The notes under the pieces were generated by a model. That model saw nothing but the letters and a program-made list of their open reading frames with translations. It was not told the DNA's origin and ran no database searches. A stretch of DNA of 62,750 bases, filler included. It is 3 parts of 3 records of this genome, joined end to end, with 100 filler letters (N's around TTAATTAATTAA, not from the genome) between each part and the next. Parts side by side here need not be neighbours in the genome. Positions count along the whole stretch, not along the records: positions 1 to 26,899 come from SRR22947727_249; positions 27,000 to 56,439 come from SRR22947727_252; 1 more part is not named here. One strand, 5' to 3'. How positions within the stretch are numbered: the first letter of the stretch is position 1; every line of letters starts with the position of its first letter. Shown here piece after piece: positions 17,443 to 27,561 of this stretch. Position numbers and translations under genes: made by a program.

Positions 17443-20310
17443 TTAGATATTTTTTATATCAAAATTAAGTTTAGAAAGCTCTTCAGTAAAGTTCTCACCA
17501 GCTATAACGGATCTCTTAGAATCATTAAATAAATACTTTTCGGAAACTTTTACAAGATCTTCTAAAGTACATTCTTTTACTCTTGATCTAAAAAGCAAGC
17601 GCTCTTCTTGTGTTTTATTATCAAGCTCACTCATAAAATCACTCATTGCTTCACCGTAAGGAGATAATGGCTTATCTATACTTGAGATAACCCCTAGCAC
17701 ACCTTCTTCAAGCTGATCATTTGATATGTTTTTCAAAGACCAGGCTCTAGAATTTTTAAATTCTTCAAACGTTTCTGTACATTTTGGATCCCTATAAGAG
17801 AAAAATTTAAATACTTTATTATTTGAATCTTGAGTAGCGCCAGATCCATAAGCACCGCCTTTCTCTCTAATTGCCGAATGAAGAAAGCCATTACGCAATA
17901 CAGTTCCAAGAACAGTTAAAGCAGGAGCATCCTCATGCTTTGAATCAACTGATGGGAAAGCTTCTGCACAAAAACATACTTGCGATCCAGTAACCCAGCC
18001 AACTGAGTTATTTTGAACATCAACAAAATCTTGATCATTTAAATCAAAAGTTTCTGAATTAAATATAGTATTTAGTTTAAGGTCAGATTGATCTAATGAT
18101 GAGGCGGTAAATGAATAGTTGGGTGTTTTTGATAGCTTATTTTTAATGGAATGCAGCGAATTTAAATATATATCAAATTCATTCTTATCACTTACTAACT
18201 TAGATAATTTATTTGTATTATGTATAAATCTTAAGCCTGAAGTTAAATCATTAGTTGCTGCAATATCTGTTATTTGAGATGCAGCATTACTCATTGATAG
18301 GATATGACCATTTTGAATTACAGATTTTTCGTTATCTGCAGATATAAACTCTAGCAACTCTTTAATTCTCTTTGATTCGTTAAAATTTGAATCACTAATT
18401 GTTTTTAGCATTAAATCCTGCATTAAAAGATCATTTTTTTCTAAGCTCTTGGATGAGAGCTTTAAAGCTAATTTATATGAGTTGCCATCATCATTCGGTA
18501 AAGTAATAAAGGAAGCAGAAATGCCGCCAGTTATTGAAGATTGATATCTTTGAATATCTTCATATGAATCATGACCAAGGCCAATATCTGTTAATGTGCT
18601 TGTAAAAAGGTTTGCAACACTTAACTCATCCTGATTTAAAGCATCGCATGGAAATAACATAGAATGATAAACGATACCGTTTGTACCAGTTTTGTAAAAA
18701 TAATTAGAATTTGTATTAGTTTCTGTTATTACTGGAGATGCATAGTTTCTTGAAAGAGGGATGTCGTCTTTTGTTACCTTTGGAAGAATCTCAGGATCAT
18801 CTTGTGCATTCTGTCTGGTTTCAAGCTCGTTAGCTAGCCTTACAATATCTTCCTTTTCTTTTTGTGATAAATCCCTAGTTTTTTCAAAGACTTTTTGCTG
18901 GATTTTATCTTCATTTTTTTTATTGAATTCAGTGTCTGGTACAAGAGAGTAATTCAACCTATGCGCATTTAAAATAAGATTTTTTTCTATGAGGTTTTCA
19001 ATATAATTTTCTGATTTTAAATTTTTTTTAATAGTATCAAATGCATTGTCTAGGTCTAGAATTTCAAGAGGATTGTCATTATGTATACAAGCTGGTAAAC
19101 AATTTAACATTATTTGAAGCCCAAATGGCATGCCTGAACCTGTTATTTCTCTTTGCCTTATTTCAAGTTGATGTAAAGAGGAGTTTATTAAATCTTTTGG
19201 AACCCCATCCTTAACAAGCGATTCAAGACAGTCAATTATCAATTTTTCGACTTCAATTTGCTTATTTGCATCCACTCCTTCAAGACCAGCCGCAAAAACA
19301 AGTTCTTTTTGATCTGCCTCAAGTCCTGTAAGGGGAGATGGTGACGTGCCTAATTCTGAACCCTCTAGAGCTTTTCGAAGGGGAGACGCTGCATTATCTA
19401 AAAGTATATTAGACATTAAGTAAGTCTCCAGAAGTTCTACTGGATTATGACTCTCATTTAGAAGCCAGCTAATTACAACATGATGATTATTTTCATCCCC
19501 AGGCTGAGGGTTGTAAAAATCAGATATTGTTTTTGGTGAAGATAGTCTTTTTTCATTTCTCACTGCTACTACTTCATTAGATGGAGAGAAGCTATCTAGT
19601 ACATTAACTTTAATAAATTTTTGAATTTCTTTAGGATCTAGTTTACCGAATGTAAAAAAGGTTGCATTAGATGGGTGATAATGCTTTTTATGAAAATTAA
19701 CTAAATCTTCATGAGTAAGATCAATAATATTTTCTGGGTCTCCACCACTATTATGTTTATATGTTGATGAAGAGTACAAATGTTTTGACATACCATGCCA
19801 CAATTGACTTGTAATGGAGCTCATTGCTCCCTTCATTTCATTATATACAACACCTTTAATTTCAATCTCACTGTCAGGATTATTTTTCTCCTTGAATTCA
19901 AGTCTATGGCCTTCTTGAGCAAAATCCAAGCTATCAAGATTTGGAAAGAATGATGAATCTAAATATACCCCTAATAAATTATCAAAATCTTTTTTGTTTA
20001 GAGTTGCAAAAGGGTAAGCTGTCCAATCACTTGATGTGAAGGCATTCATAAATGTATTAAGAGATCTTCTTATCATCATAAAAAAGGGATCTCTTACAGG
20101 ATATTTCTTGGAACCACAAAGGGCAGTATGCTCAAGAATGTGAGCTACCCCAGTTGAATCTTCTGGAATTGTTCTAAAAGCAACCATAAAAACTTTTTCA
20201 TCACTATTTGTATCTAAGTGGACATGCTTGCAATTAAATTCAGATTCGTTATATATTTGAGCATTAATATCTAATAAAGGAATATACTTTTGTTCTTGAA
20301 GGTTAAACAT
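17443..20310 (-). CDS. M16C (presequence-protease/insulinase family) zinc metallopeptidase
   Basis: DSTGVAHILEHTALCGS (HxxEH), FMNAFT, KGVVYNEMKG, IREKGGAYG, FFSYRDP. Confidence 0.93.
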   Translation of the reverse strand: MFNLQEQKYIPLLDINAQIYNESEFNCKHVHLDTNSDEKVFMVAFRTIPEDSTGVAHILEHTALCGSKKYPVRDPFFMMIRRSLNTFMNAFTSSDWTAYPFATLNKKDFDNLLGVYLDSSFFPNLDSLDFAQEGHRLEFKEKNNPDSEIEIKGVVYNEMKGAMSSITSQLWHGMSKHLYSSSTYKHNSGGDPENIIDLTHEDLVNFHKKHYHPSNATFFTFGKLDPKEIQKFIKVNVLDSFSPSNEVVAVRNEKRLSSPKTISDFYNPQPGDENNHHVVISWLLNESHNPVELLETYLMSNILLDNAASPLRKALEGSELGTSPSPLTGLEADQKELVFAAGLEGVDANKQIEVEKLIIDCLESLVKDGVPKDLINSSLHQLEIRQREITGSGMPFGLQIMLNCLPACIHNDNPLEILDLDNAFDTIKKNLKSENYIENLIEKNLILNAHRLNYSLVPDTEFNKKNEDKIQQKVFEKTRDLSQKEKEDIVRLANELETRQNAQDDPEILPKVTKDDIPLSRNYASPVITETNTNSNYFYKTGTNGIVYHSMLFPCDALNQDELSVANLFTSTLTDIGLGHDSYEDIQRYQSSITGGISASFITLPNDDGNSYKLALKLSSKSLEKNDLLMQDLMLKTISDSNFNESKRIKELLEFISADNEKSVIQNGHILSMSNAASQITDIAATNDLTSGLRFIHNTNKLSKLVSDKNEFDIYLNSLHSIKNKLSKTPNYSFTASSLDQSDLKLNTIFNSETFDLNDQDFVDVQNNSVGWVTGSQVCFCAEAFPSVDSKHEDAPALTVLGTVLRNGFLHSAIREKGGAYGSGATQDSNNKVFKFFSYRDPKCTETFEEFKNSRAWSLKNISNDQLEEGVLGVISSIDKPLSPYGEAMSDFMSELDNKTQEERLLFRSRVKECTLEDLVKVSEKYLFNDSKRSVIAGENFTEELSKLNFDIKNI

Positions 20311-20342
20311 AATAAAATCTATTTAAATTTATAATTAATTCT

Positions 20343-20855
20343 ATGAAAAATATAACAACACTACTTACACTAATACTATTAATCGGTTGTAATAGTATTC
20401 AAACTAACATTGAAGTTGATTCAGTTGATACTTTCAACATAGACAATTATAACGACTTTTATATAAAGATAAATGAATCTAATGTTAGTGCTGAAATAAA
20501 TCCTATTGAATTAGAAAGATTTAAAGATAATCTTAAGTATGCACTTCAAGAAAGAGGTCTTACTTATTCAGCTGATTCAAACCTTACATTTGATATCAAC
20601 CTAACTACCAAAGATAAAATTCAATCAGATAGAATGAATCATTATTATTCTAGATATTACTGGGATAGATATATGTACCGTGATGACATTAGAACTATTA
20701 CAGAGAATATTCTTAGAGTTAATCTTAAGGATAACTCTTCAGACTCAACCCTTTGGACTGTCGTGACTATATGGAGGTCAGGTTCTTCAAAAGCAGCGAC
20801 ATCAGATGATGGATCTGATCTAATTGTAGATGAAATAATGCTTAGTTTTTTATAA
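20343..20855 (+). CDS. DUF4136-like lipoprotein
   Basis: Lipobox LIGC; overall layout (ALQERG, Tyr-rich loop, D....LW) recalls DUF4136. Confidence 0.6.
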   Translation: MKNITTLLTLILLIGCNSIQTNIEVDSVDTFNIDNYNDFYIKINESNVSAEINPIELERFKDNLKYALQERGLTYSADSNLTFDINLTTKDKIQSDRMNHYYSRYYWDRYMYRDDIRTITENILRVNLKDNSSDSTLWTVVTIWRSGSSKAATSDDGSDLIVDEIMLSFL

Positions 20856-20868
20856 AAAATAAAAATTT

Positions 20869-22584
20869 GTGATTTCAAAAAATATATCAAGTCTTTTATT
20901 TTGCTTTTTCCTTTTATCTTGCGCTCCACAAGATAGTGAAATTGAAATCCCAAAAACCTCCCAAGTAGAAAATCTTATAGAGCACTCAAAAGAATTTGAA
21001 AGAAAGGTATATTCTTATGATACCCCTGGTGGAAAAATACATGTAGCAATTGGCTTTGGTATTGCTAATTCAATAATGGTTGAAGGTGATACTGGAAACA
21101 TTATTATTGATTCATCAGACAGTACTTATGAGGCTGAAGAGATATATAAGCTTTTTAAACAAAAAAACTCCAATCCAATTAAAGCCATTATTTATACCCA
21201 TAACCATGGAGATCATACTTTCGGAACTGCATATTACTTAACAACACAGAAAGAAAGACCAAAAATTATTGCTCATAAATCTACAGATTATTATATGCAG
21301 AGAATTCTTGGAATAATTAATCCTATCATTAGCACTAGAAGTACCAGAATGTTTGGAACCGCCTTACCGGAGGATGATGTTATAAATGTTGGCATTGGTA
21401 AAAGCCTCAATATTTCTAAATCACCATTTGGTTATGTTAGTCCAGATACAACGTTTGAGGATGAACTTAAGATTAACATTGCTGGAATAAATATTGAACT
21501 TTATCATGCTCCTGGCGAAACCAATGATCAGTTATTTGTTTGGCTACCTAATCATAAATCATTAATGCCGGGCGATAACATATATAAGACATTTCCCAAT
21601 CTATACACAATCAGAGGAACAACTCATAGAGATGTAATGGGGTGGGTTTCAAGTCTAGATCACATGCGTTCATTTAATTCTGAGTACGTATTTCCTAGTC
21701 ACACCAAGCCAATTATTGGATCAGTGGTAATATCAGATACTCTTACTTTGTACAGGGATGCAATTCAGTTTGTTCATGATCAAACTGTCAGATTAATGAA
21801 TCAAGGTTTCTACCCAGATCAGATTATTCAATTAGTCGAGTTACCAGAGCCTATAAAAAAGTCTCCTTTTTTAAATGAATTTTATGGCACAGTAAGATGG
21901 TCTGTTAAAAGTATCTTCAACGGCTATCTTGGCTGGTTTAATGGTAATCCTGCTGAATTAGATCCATTATCAAGAAAAGATGAGGCTCAGAAATTTGCAA
22001 ATCTAGCTGGTGGAGAAGAAGCTTTATTTTTAGCCTTTCAAAATGCAGTAAATGATAAAGAGATGCAATGGGCCCTAGAGCTAAGTGATAGGTTGATGGC
22101 ATTAAATTATTCTATAGCTGAAGTGGAATCCCTAAGAAGAGAGGCTTTACTTTATATTGGAGCAAGGTCTTCTAACCCCAATAAAAGAAATTACTTTCTT
22201 TCATCAGCGCTGGAGTTAAATAATAATTTTGTCTCTTTTTCAGAGACCGAAAGAACTGTAGAAGGAGTTAAAGAAATTTCAATAGATACTATTTTTAGTA
22301 TTCTATCTGTGAGGCTAAATCCAGAGAAAGTCGTGAATAAGAATATGAATGTATGTTTTTATTTTTCATCAGGACTAAGAAAAACAATATCAATTAGAAA
22401 TCAGGTTGCTGCAATATCTAATCAAATTAATGATCCATGCGCTATTAAAGTTAAGTCAACAGAATTTAACTTTAAAATGGCGATATCTGGTTTGGCCAAC
22501 CCAGTGATGGCTATGGCTAGCGGTGATCTTGAAGTTGATGGAAGTAATACGGAGTTTCTTCAGTTCCTTACTTATTTTAGGTAA
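20869..22584 (+). CDS. Alkyl/aryl sulfatase (SdsA1/BDS1 family, MBL fold with dimerisation and SCP2 domains), lipoprotein
   Basis: Lipobox LLSC, YTHNHGDH, HAPGET, FPNLYTIRGT, PSHTKP, YLGWFNGNP. Confidence 0.9.
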   Translation: MISKNISSLLFCFFLLSCAPQDSEIEIPKTSQVENLIEHSKEFERKVYSYDTPGGKIHVAIGFGIANSIMVEGDTGNIIIDSSDSTYEAEEIYKLFKQKNSNPIKAIIYTHNHGDHTFGTAYYLTTQKERPKIIAHKSTDYYMQRILGIINPIISTRSTRMFGTALPEDDVINVGIGKSLNISKSPFGYVSPDTTFEDELKINIAGINIELYHAPGETNDQLFVWLPNHKSLMPGDNIYKTFPNLYTIRGTTHRDVMGWVSSLDHMRSFNSEYVFPSHTKPIIGSVVISDTLTLYRDAIQFVHDQTVRLMNQGFYPDQIIQLVELPEPIKKSPFLNEFYGTVRWSVKSIFNGYLGWFNGNPAELDPLSRKDEAQKFANLAGGEEALFLAFQNAVNDKEMQWALELSDRLMALNYSIAEVESLRREALLYIGARSSNPNKRNYFLSSALELNNNFVSFSETERTVEGVKEISIDTIFSILSVRLNPEKVVNKNMNVCFYFSSGLRKTISIRNQVAAISNQINDPCAIKVKSTEFNFKMAISGLANPVMAMASGDLEVDGSNTEFLQFLTYFR

Positions 22585-22587
22585 TTT

Positions 22588-23043
22588 TTACCATCTATAT
22601 TTATCGAAGTTTTCTGGATTAGCCCAGCCTTCAGAATTATTCCATGATCTTTTATTATTGTAGGTCTTTAGATTATATGAAAAACATAATAACTTATTTT
22701 TACTGTCTTCTAATTCAACCTGAAATCCAAGTTTAATCATATTTGATTCTATTACTCCGTCTTCAGGAATGGTAAATATCATAATTTTTTGACTAAGAAG
22801 ATTTTTTATAATCCCGATTTCACTATCCTTAAGTTCTATGTCTTCAAGTACTATAAATAAATCACTAGTTTCCTTAATGTCATCAATTGACGGAGAAATA
22901 TTAATTTGAGATACGCTTGTATTTTCAAACAATTTAACAAGCACAGAAATATTTTGTTTAGTAACAAGCTGAACATTTGATGCGTTTTCTTCTTGAACTA
23001 TCTTTAGGATAAAGTTATTTAGAATACTTCCATTTTTTTTCAT
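22588..23043 (-). CDS. Conserved hypothetical protein (DUF6231-like)
   Basis: C-terminal FSYNLKTYN...W.N...WANPENFDKYRW motif. Confidence 0.6.
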   Translation of the reverse strand: MKKNGSILNNFILKIVQEENASNVQLVTKQNISVLVKLFENTSVSQINISPSIDDIKETSDLFIVLEDIELKDSEIGIIKNLLSQKIMIFTIPEDGVIESNMIKLGFQVELEDSKNKLLCFSYNLKTYNNKRSWNNSEGWANPENFDKYRW

Positions 23044-24038
23044 TTTAACAGATGTTTTACAGCCTCTCTTTCTGATTCAAGCTCATCAATTGATATTTGA
23101 AATTTTTTCTTTGCAAATTCAGACATACTAATGTCTCTTTTAATCTCAACACTACCATCGGAAAGTGTTATTAAAGGATAGCCGCAAATGAGACCTTCCG
23201 GTACACCATATGCTCCATCACTAGCAACTGCTGCACTGAATGAGTTTCCTTCTTCGGTTGTATTTTCACAGGCAATTATTGTATCTAAAGCTGCTTTAGC
23301 AGCTGAAGTTGCAGAAGAGGCGCCTCTAGAATCTATCACAGCCTTTCCCCTTTGCTGAACAGTGGGTAAGAAATGATCCTCAACCCATTTCATGTCGTCT
23401 ATAACATCTTTTCCTAGTTCCCCATCAATTAAAACATTCTCTACATCAGGATACATGGTAGGGCTGTGATTGCCCCAAATAATCATATTCTTAACATCTT
23501 TAATATTAGTACCAGTTTTTTTACTAATTACTGATTTAGCCCTGCTTGAATCAAGCATGGTCATCGCTATCCACAATTGAGATTCTTTGCCTGCTGAGTT
23601 TTTTCCTATTAATGCGTTAGTATTTGCAGGATTGCCAACAACAAGAATTTTTGCATCATTTTTACCATTCTTACCTATGGCCTCACCTTGTTTAACAAAG
23701 ATTCCGCCATTAATTTTAAGTAAATCTGATCTTTCTTCTATTTTCTTGCCCTCGTAAACAATTCCTCTTGGAATACTTCCTACCAAAAGGAACCAATCTG
23801 CATTATTGGAAGCCTCTTCAAAGTTGTCTGTGTATGTTACTTCGCCCATGTTAGGAAAATATGAATCCTCAAGCTCCATAACTAAGCCTTCAAGTTTGCT
23901 AACAACTTGCGGAATCTCAACAAGACACAAGTCAACAATCTTATCTCCAAATGTATTTCCATCAACCAGCCTTGGAATAAGAGAGTAGGCTATTTGACCT
24001 GCTGCTCCAGTGACTACAACTTTTATTCTTGAACTCAT
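23040..24038 (-). CDS. mdh: Malate dehydrogenase (cytosolic/type 2 family) with loop insertion
   Basis: VTGAAGQIAYSL, LVVGNPANTNAL, LDSSRA, WGNHSPTMYPD, VQQRG, RGASSA. Confidence 0.9.
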   Translation of the reverse strand: MSSRIKVVVTGAAGQIAYSLIPRLVDGNTFGDKIVDLCLVEIPQVVSKLEGLVMELEDSYFPNMGEVTYTDNFEEASNNADWFLLVGSIPRGIVYEGKKIEERSDLLKINGGIFVKQGEAIGKNGKNDAKILVVGNPANTNALIGKNSAGKESQLWIAMTMLDSSRAKSVISKKTGTNIKDVKNMIIWGNHSPTMYPDVENVLIDGELGKDVIDDMKWVEDHFLPTVQQRGKAVIDSRGASSATSAAKAALDTIIACENTTEEGNSFSAAVASDGAYGVPEGLICGYPLITLSDGSVEIKRDISMSEFAKKKFQISIDELESEREAVKHLLK

Positions 24039-24062
24039 TTCTTTTCCTTATGAATTTGAAAA

Positions 24063-24656
24063 TTAATTTGTAATTATATTCCTAAAAGTTAAATTTATTC
24101 TTGGCTTTTTGGGTTTTTTTGTTTTTTTTATTTCGTGTTTCCAATATTTTTGTGTATGGCCATGCATCACCATAAGTTGACCACTGGTTTGCGGGATGTT
24201 TAAGCTTGTTTTTATATTTTTATGCTTGAAATAAATATCTCTTGATTCTCCAAGTGATAATGATGCTATTATGGGATTCATGCCAAGTTCTTTTTCATCA
24301 TCAGCATGGAGCCCCATAGAATCATTTTCATCTCTGTATAAATTTGCAAGAACAGAGTTAAATTTATGAGATGTAACATGCTCTATGTTTAGTTTAATTT
24401 CTAGCAGTGTTGCATTCCAATCATGTCTATTAAGTTTTTTTCCAGAATATCTATACTCTATGTTTTGATCAGCATACCAAGCTTGGAGTCTTGGAATTTG
24501 ATGATTCTTTCCAAAGATTTTTATAAATCCTGTTTCCCAATACAAATTTTCTAAGCATGCTTCGTACCATAAATCTATTTTTTGTTTTGTTGCAATGCTG
24601 TTATACAAACTAATATCTAAATTTGGATATCCAGTTATTACTTCTTTTTCAAACAA
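24063..24656 (-). CDS. alkB: AlkB-family 2OG-Fe(II) dioxygenase (ALKBH2/3-like)
   Basis: IPRLQAWY, FNSVLANLYRD, HADDE, IASLSLG, WKH, RINLTFR. Confidence 0.9.
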   Translation of the reverse strand: MFEKEVITGYPNLDISLYNSIATKQKIDLWYEACLENLYWETGFIKIFGKNHQIPRLQAWYADQNIEYRYSGKKLNRHDWNATLLEIKLNIEHVTSHKFNSVLANLYRDENDSMGLHADDEKELGMNPIIASLSLGESRDIYFKHKNIKTSLNIPQTSGQLMVMHGHTQKYWKHEIKKTKKPKKPRINLTFRNIITN

Positions 24657-24754
24657 GGATGTTCCTTTTTTCGGTTATAGTAAATAAGACTAATTTTTAT
24701 TAGAATAACTTTATCTTAAATATATAAAAACTTCCAAAAAAAGGGGTGAAATAA

Positions 24755-25657
24755 ATGAGTATTAGATTTGATAATCAAGTTGCAATTGTTACCGGTGCAG
24801 GTGGAGGACTAGGCAAAGAGCATGCTCTAGATCTTGCAAGAAGAGGCGCTAAGGTAGTTGTAAACGATCTTGGTGGCGGCGTTGATGGAAGTGGAGCCAG
24901 TGATGCTGCTAAAGCTGTAGTTGATCAAATTATCTCTGAGGGAGGTGAGGCAATAGCAAATGGTGCAAGCGTTACTGATTTAGATGCTGTTAAGGCCATG
25001 GTAAATGAAGCTATGGAGAAATGGGGCAGAATAGATATCCTTGTAAACAATGCTGGAATTTTGAGAGATAAAAGTTTCCACAAAGATTCTATAGAGAGCT
25101 TTAATGCTGTTATGGATGTTCACTTTCAAGGTACTTTAAATTGCACCCATACGGTATATCCCATAATGAGAGAGCAAGAGTTTGGTAGAATAATTTTTAC
25201 AAGTTCATCAAGCGGAGTATTTGGTAACTTTGGTCAAGCTAATTATGGTTCTGCAAAAATGGCAGTAATAGGCTTAATGAATACACTTAAACTAGAAGGT
25301 CAAAAATATAACGTATATACCAATTCAATTACTCCTGTTGCATACACAAGAATGACAGAAGGCTTGATACCTGAAGATTTTGGTAAAAATATGCAGCCTG
25401 AACATGTAACACCTGCAGTTGTTTACTTGGCAAGTAAAGATGCTCCTAATGGAGTTATTATTGCTGCTGGAGCTGGAGTTTTTGCAAGAATATTCATTCA
25501 TGAAACAATGGGTATTAATCTTGGAACTGATGAAGACATGACTGCTGAAAATATTGCTGCAAATTGGGATAAAGTTTCAGATATGGATGATGCCAGACCG
25601 CTTCAAAATGGCGGTGAGCAAACTTTAAAAATATTTGAATTGATCAATAAGGGTTAA
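24755..25657 (+). CDS. SDR oxidoreductase, MFE-2-like 3-hydroxyacyl-CoA dehydrogenase
   Basis: TGAGGGLG, VVVNDLGG, NNAGILRD, GNFGQANYGSAK. Confidence 0.9.
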   Translation: MSIRFDNQVAIVTGAGGGLGKEHALDLARRGAKVVVNDLGGGVDGSGASDAAKAVVDQIISEGGEAIANGASVTDLDAVKAMVNEAMEKWGRIDILVNNAGILRDKSFHKDSIESFNAVMDVHFQGTLNCTHTVYPIMREQEFGRIIFTSSSSGVFGNFGQANYGSAKMAVIGLMNTLKLEGQKYNVYTNSITPVAYTRMTEGLIPEDFGKNMQPEHVTPAVVYLASKDAPNGVIIAAGAGVFARIFIHETMGINLGTDEDMTAENIAANWDKVSDMDDARPLQNGGEQTLKIFELINKG

Positions 25658-25659
25658 GC

Positions 25660-26274
25660 ATGAAGCTTTATTCAAGTAAGCTTGCCCCAAGCCCATTAAA
25701 GGTTCTAATTTTCTTAAAAGAAAAGGCTATTTTTGATCAGGTTGAAATAATTGATTTAGATCTAGGAAAACTGGAGCACAAGACACCTGAATATAAGACA
25801 ATAGCACCTAACTCAAAAGTCCCCGCTCTCAAGTTAGATGATAATACTATTATCTTGGAAACAACTGCTATATGTAGATATTTAGAGTCTTTATACCCTG
25901 AACCCAATCTATTTGGAGAAAATCCTATAGAGATAGCTTCTATTGAAATGTGGTACTCAAGGGTAACGTATGAATTAATGGTTCCTTTAATGCATGGATT
26001 TAGGCACACACATCCTCACATGAGTCAGATGGAAGACCAAAACCAAGAATATGGCCTTGCACAAAGAAAGTTAGCTATAAAGGCTTTAGATGCTTATGAT
26101 GAAATCATGGCTGCTAGAGAATATATTGCAGGAGAAAGATTTACTTATGCAGACATTCAAATGGTCACGTCCTTACAATTTTTAGTCAGGTTAAATAGGC
26201 TTGATATAGTAGATTATGAAAACCTGAATGATTACATCAATCAGGTCTCCAACAGACCTAGTTTTTCTATTTAG
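25660..26274 (+). CDS. Glutathione S-transferase family protein
   Basis: APSP, KVPAL, ETTAICRYLE, GERFTYADI. Confidence 0.9.
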   Translation: MKLYSSKLAPSPLKVLIFLKEKAIFDQVEIIDLDLGKLEHKTPEYKTIAPNSKVPALKLDDNTIILETTAICRYLESLYPEPNLFGENPIEIASIEMWYSRVTYELMVPLMHGFRHTHPHMSQMEDQNQEYGLAQRKLAIKALDAYDEIMAAREYIAGERFTYADIQMVTSLQFLVRLNRLDIVDYENLNDYINQVSNRPSFSI

Positions 26275-26278
26275 ACTA

Positions 26279-26899
26279 TTACCAGTTCAGAGCACCGCCA
26301 ACCTGATATTCAGTAACTCTAGTTTCAAAGAAGTTTTTCTCTTTCCTTAGGTCAATAATTTCAGACATCCAAGGGAAGGGATTTCCTACACCTTTAAATT
26401 CTTCTTCTAGACCTATCTGTGTTAGTCTTCTGTTTGCAATAAATTTTAGATACTCTTCCATCATTGCTGCATTCATTCCTAACACACCACGAGGCATAGT
26501 ATCTCTTGCATACATTATCTCTAACTCTGTACCCTCAAGTATCATTTGAGCTGCTTCAGCCTTCATCTCTTCATCCCATAAATGCGGATTTTCAATTTTA
26601 ATTTGATTGATTACATCAATACCAAAATTTACATGCATAGACTCATCTCTAAGAATATATTGAAATTGCTCTGACGTTCCAGTCATTTTATTTCTTCTTC
26701 CCATAGATAATATTTGAGTGAATCCACAATAAAAGAAAATTCCTTCTAGCACGCAATAAAAAGCTATAAGATTTTTTAGGAGCTGTTTATCTGTTTCCAC
26801 TGTTCCTGTTTTAAATTCAGGATTTGATATTTCTTGTGTATATTTTAATCCCCATGCAGCTTTTCTTGATACACATGGTATTTCTCTATACATATTAAA
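26279..26899 (-). CDS. nrdB: Ribonucleotide reductase class I beta subunit, 3' part (truncated at contig end)
   Basis: [40 protein letters not shown]; the frame is open to the gap. Confidence 0.93.
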   Translation of the reverse strand, partial: FNMYREIPCVSRKAAWGLKYTQEISNPEFKTGTVETDKQLLKNLIAFYCVLEGIFFYCGFTQILSMGRRNKMTGTSEQFQYILRDESMHVNFGIDVINQIKIENPHLWDEEMKAEAAQMILEGTELEIMYARDTMPRGVLGMNAAMMEEYLKFIANRRLTQIGLEEEFKGVGNPFPWMSEIIDLRKEKNFFETRVTEYQVGGALNW

Positions 26900-26999
26900 N
26901 NNNNNNNNNNNNNNNNNNNNNNNNNNNNNNNNNNNNNNNNNNNTTAATTAATTAANNNNNNNNNNNNNNNNNNNNNNNNNNNNNNNNNNNNNNNNNNNN
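26900..26999. other. Artificial contig linker
   Basis: N44-TTAATTAATTAA-N44 (stop codons in all frames); genes are truncated on both sides. Confidence 0.98.
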
Positions 27000-27158
27000 A
27001 TATGGACTCATTGTTCCAGGATCAACATTAAGATAGGGGTCCAATTTTCTTATTCTAACTTTAAAATTTCTCTGCTGTAGTAGTGAAGCAAGTGCTGCAG
27101 AGGCTATACCTTTACCAAGAGATGAGGCCACTCCGCCCGTAATAAAAACGTAATGCAT
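27000..27158 (-). CDS. pyrG: CTP synthase, 5' part (truncated)
   Basis: [15 protein letters not shown]...[16 protein letters not shown]. Confidence 0.95.
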
Positions 27159-27208
27159 TACGGATAACCTAGATACAGAATTGAAATACTTAGATCAAGA
27201 TAATAATA

Positions 27209-27523
27209 TTAATTGTTTTCAGGTATAACTGGTTCTTCAGAAATTTGCTCTTCAGAGTTGATTGATGGTAATGATTCCAAAACATTTCTCTCAGAACCAA
27301 CTGAAGCAACAATTGTTAACACAACACTCATAACCATAAATAGGGTAGCAGTTAAAGCTGTCAATCTAGATAGAAGATTTGCAGATCCTCTTGCTGACAT
27401 CATTCCACCTAAGCCTCCACCGCCGCCACCGAGGCCAAGGCCTTCGTTATCACTTCCTTGAAGTAAGACAAGGATTACAAGCAAAACTGCAAGGATTAAC
27501 TGAATAATTATTAATGTTAACAT
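27209..27523 (-). CDS. secG: Preprotein translocase subunit SecG
   Basis: VLLQ, Gly-rich loop, SARGSANLLSRLTA; tpiA-secG-pyrG synteny. Confidence 0.93.
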   Translation of the reverse strand: MLTLIIIQLILAVLLVILVLLQGSDNEGLGLGGGGGGLGGMMSARGSANLLSRLTALTATLFMVMSVVLTIVASVGSERNVLESLPSINSEEQISEEPVIPENN

Positions 27524-27561
27524 GCGATCCTTATATGTATTAAGTTTTATAAATCAAGATA

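Noticed and set aside
17443-20310. Eukaryote-like presequence protease as a cross-domain transfer
   Set aside because: M16C peptidases are widespread in bacteria, and nothing in composition or context marks this one as foreign.
26952-26999. ORF-track extension of pyrG into X residues ending at a stop
   Set aside because: The stop comes from the artificial linker. pyrG is truncated by assembly and is not a pseudogene; the same applies to nrdB, proS and apt.
27405-27445. Local GC-rich patch in an AT-rich contig
   Set aside because: It is explained by the poly-Gly loop codons of SecG, not by an RNA element.
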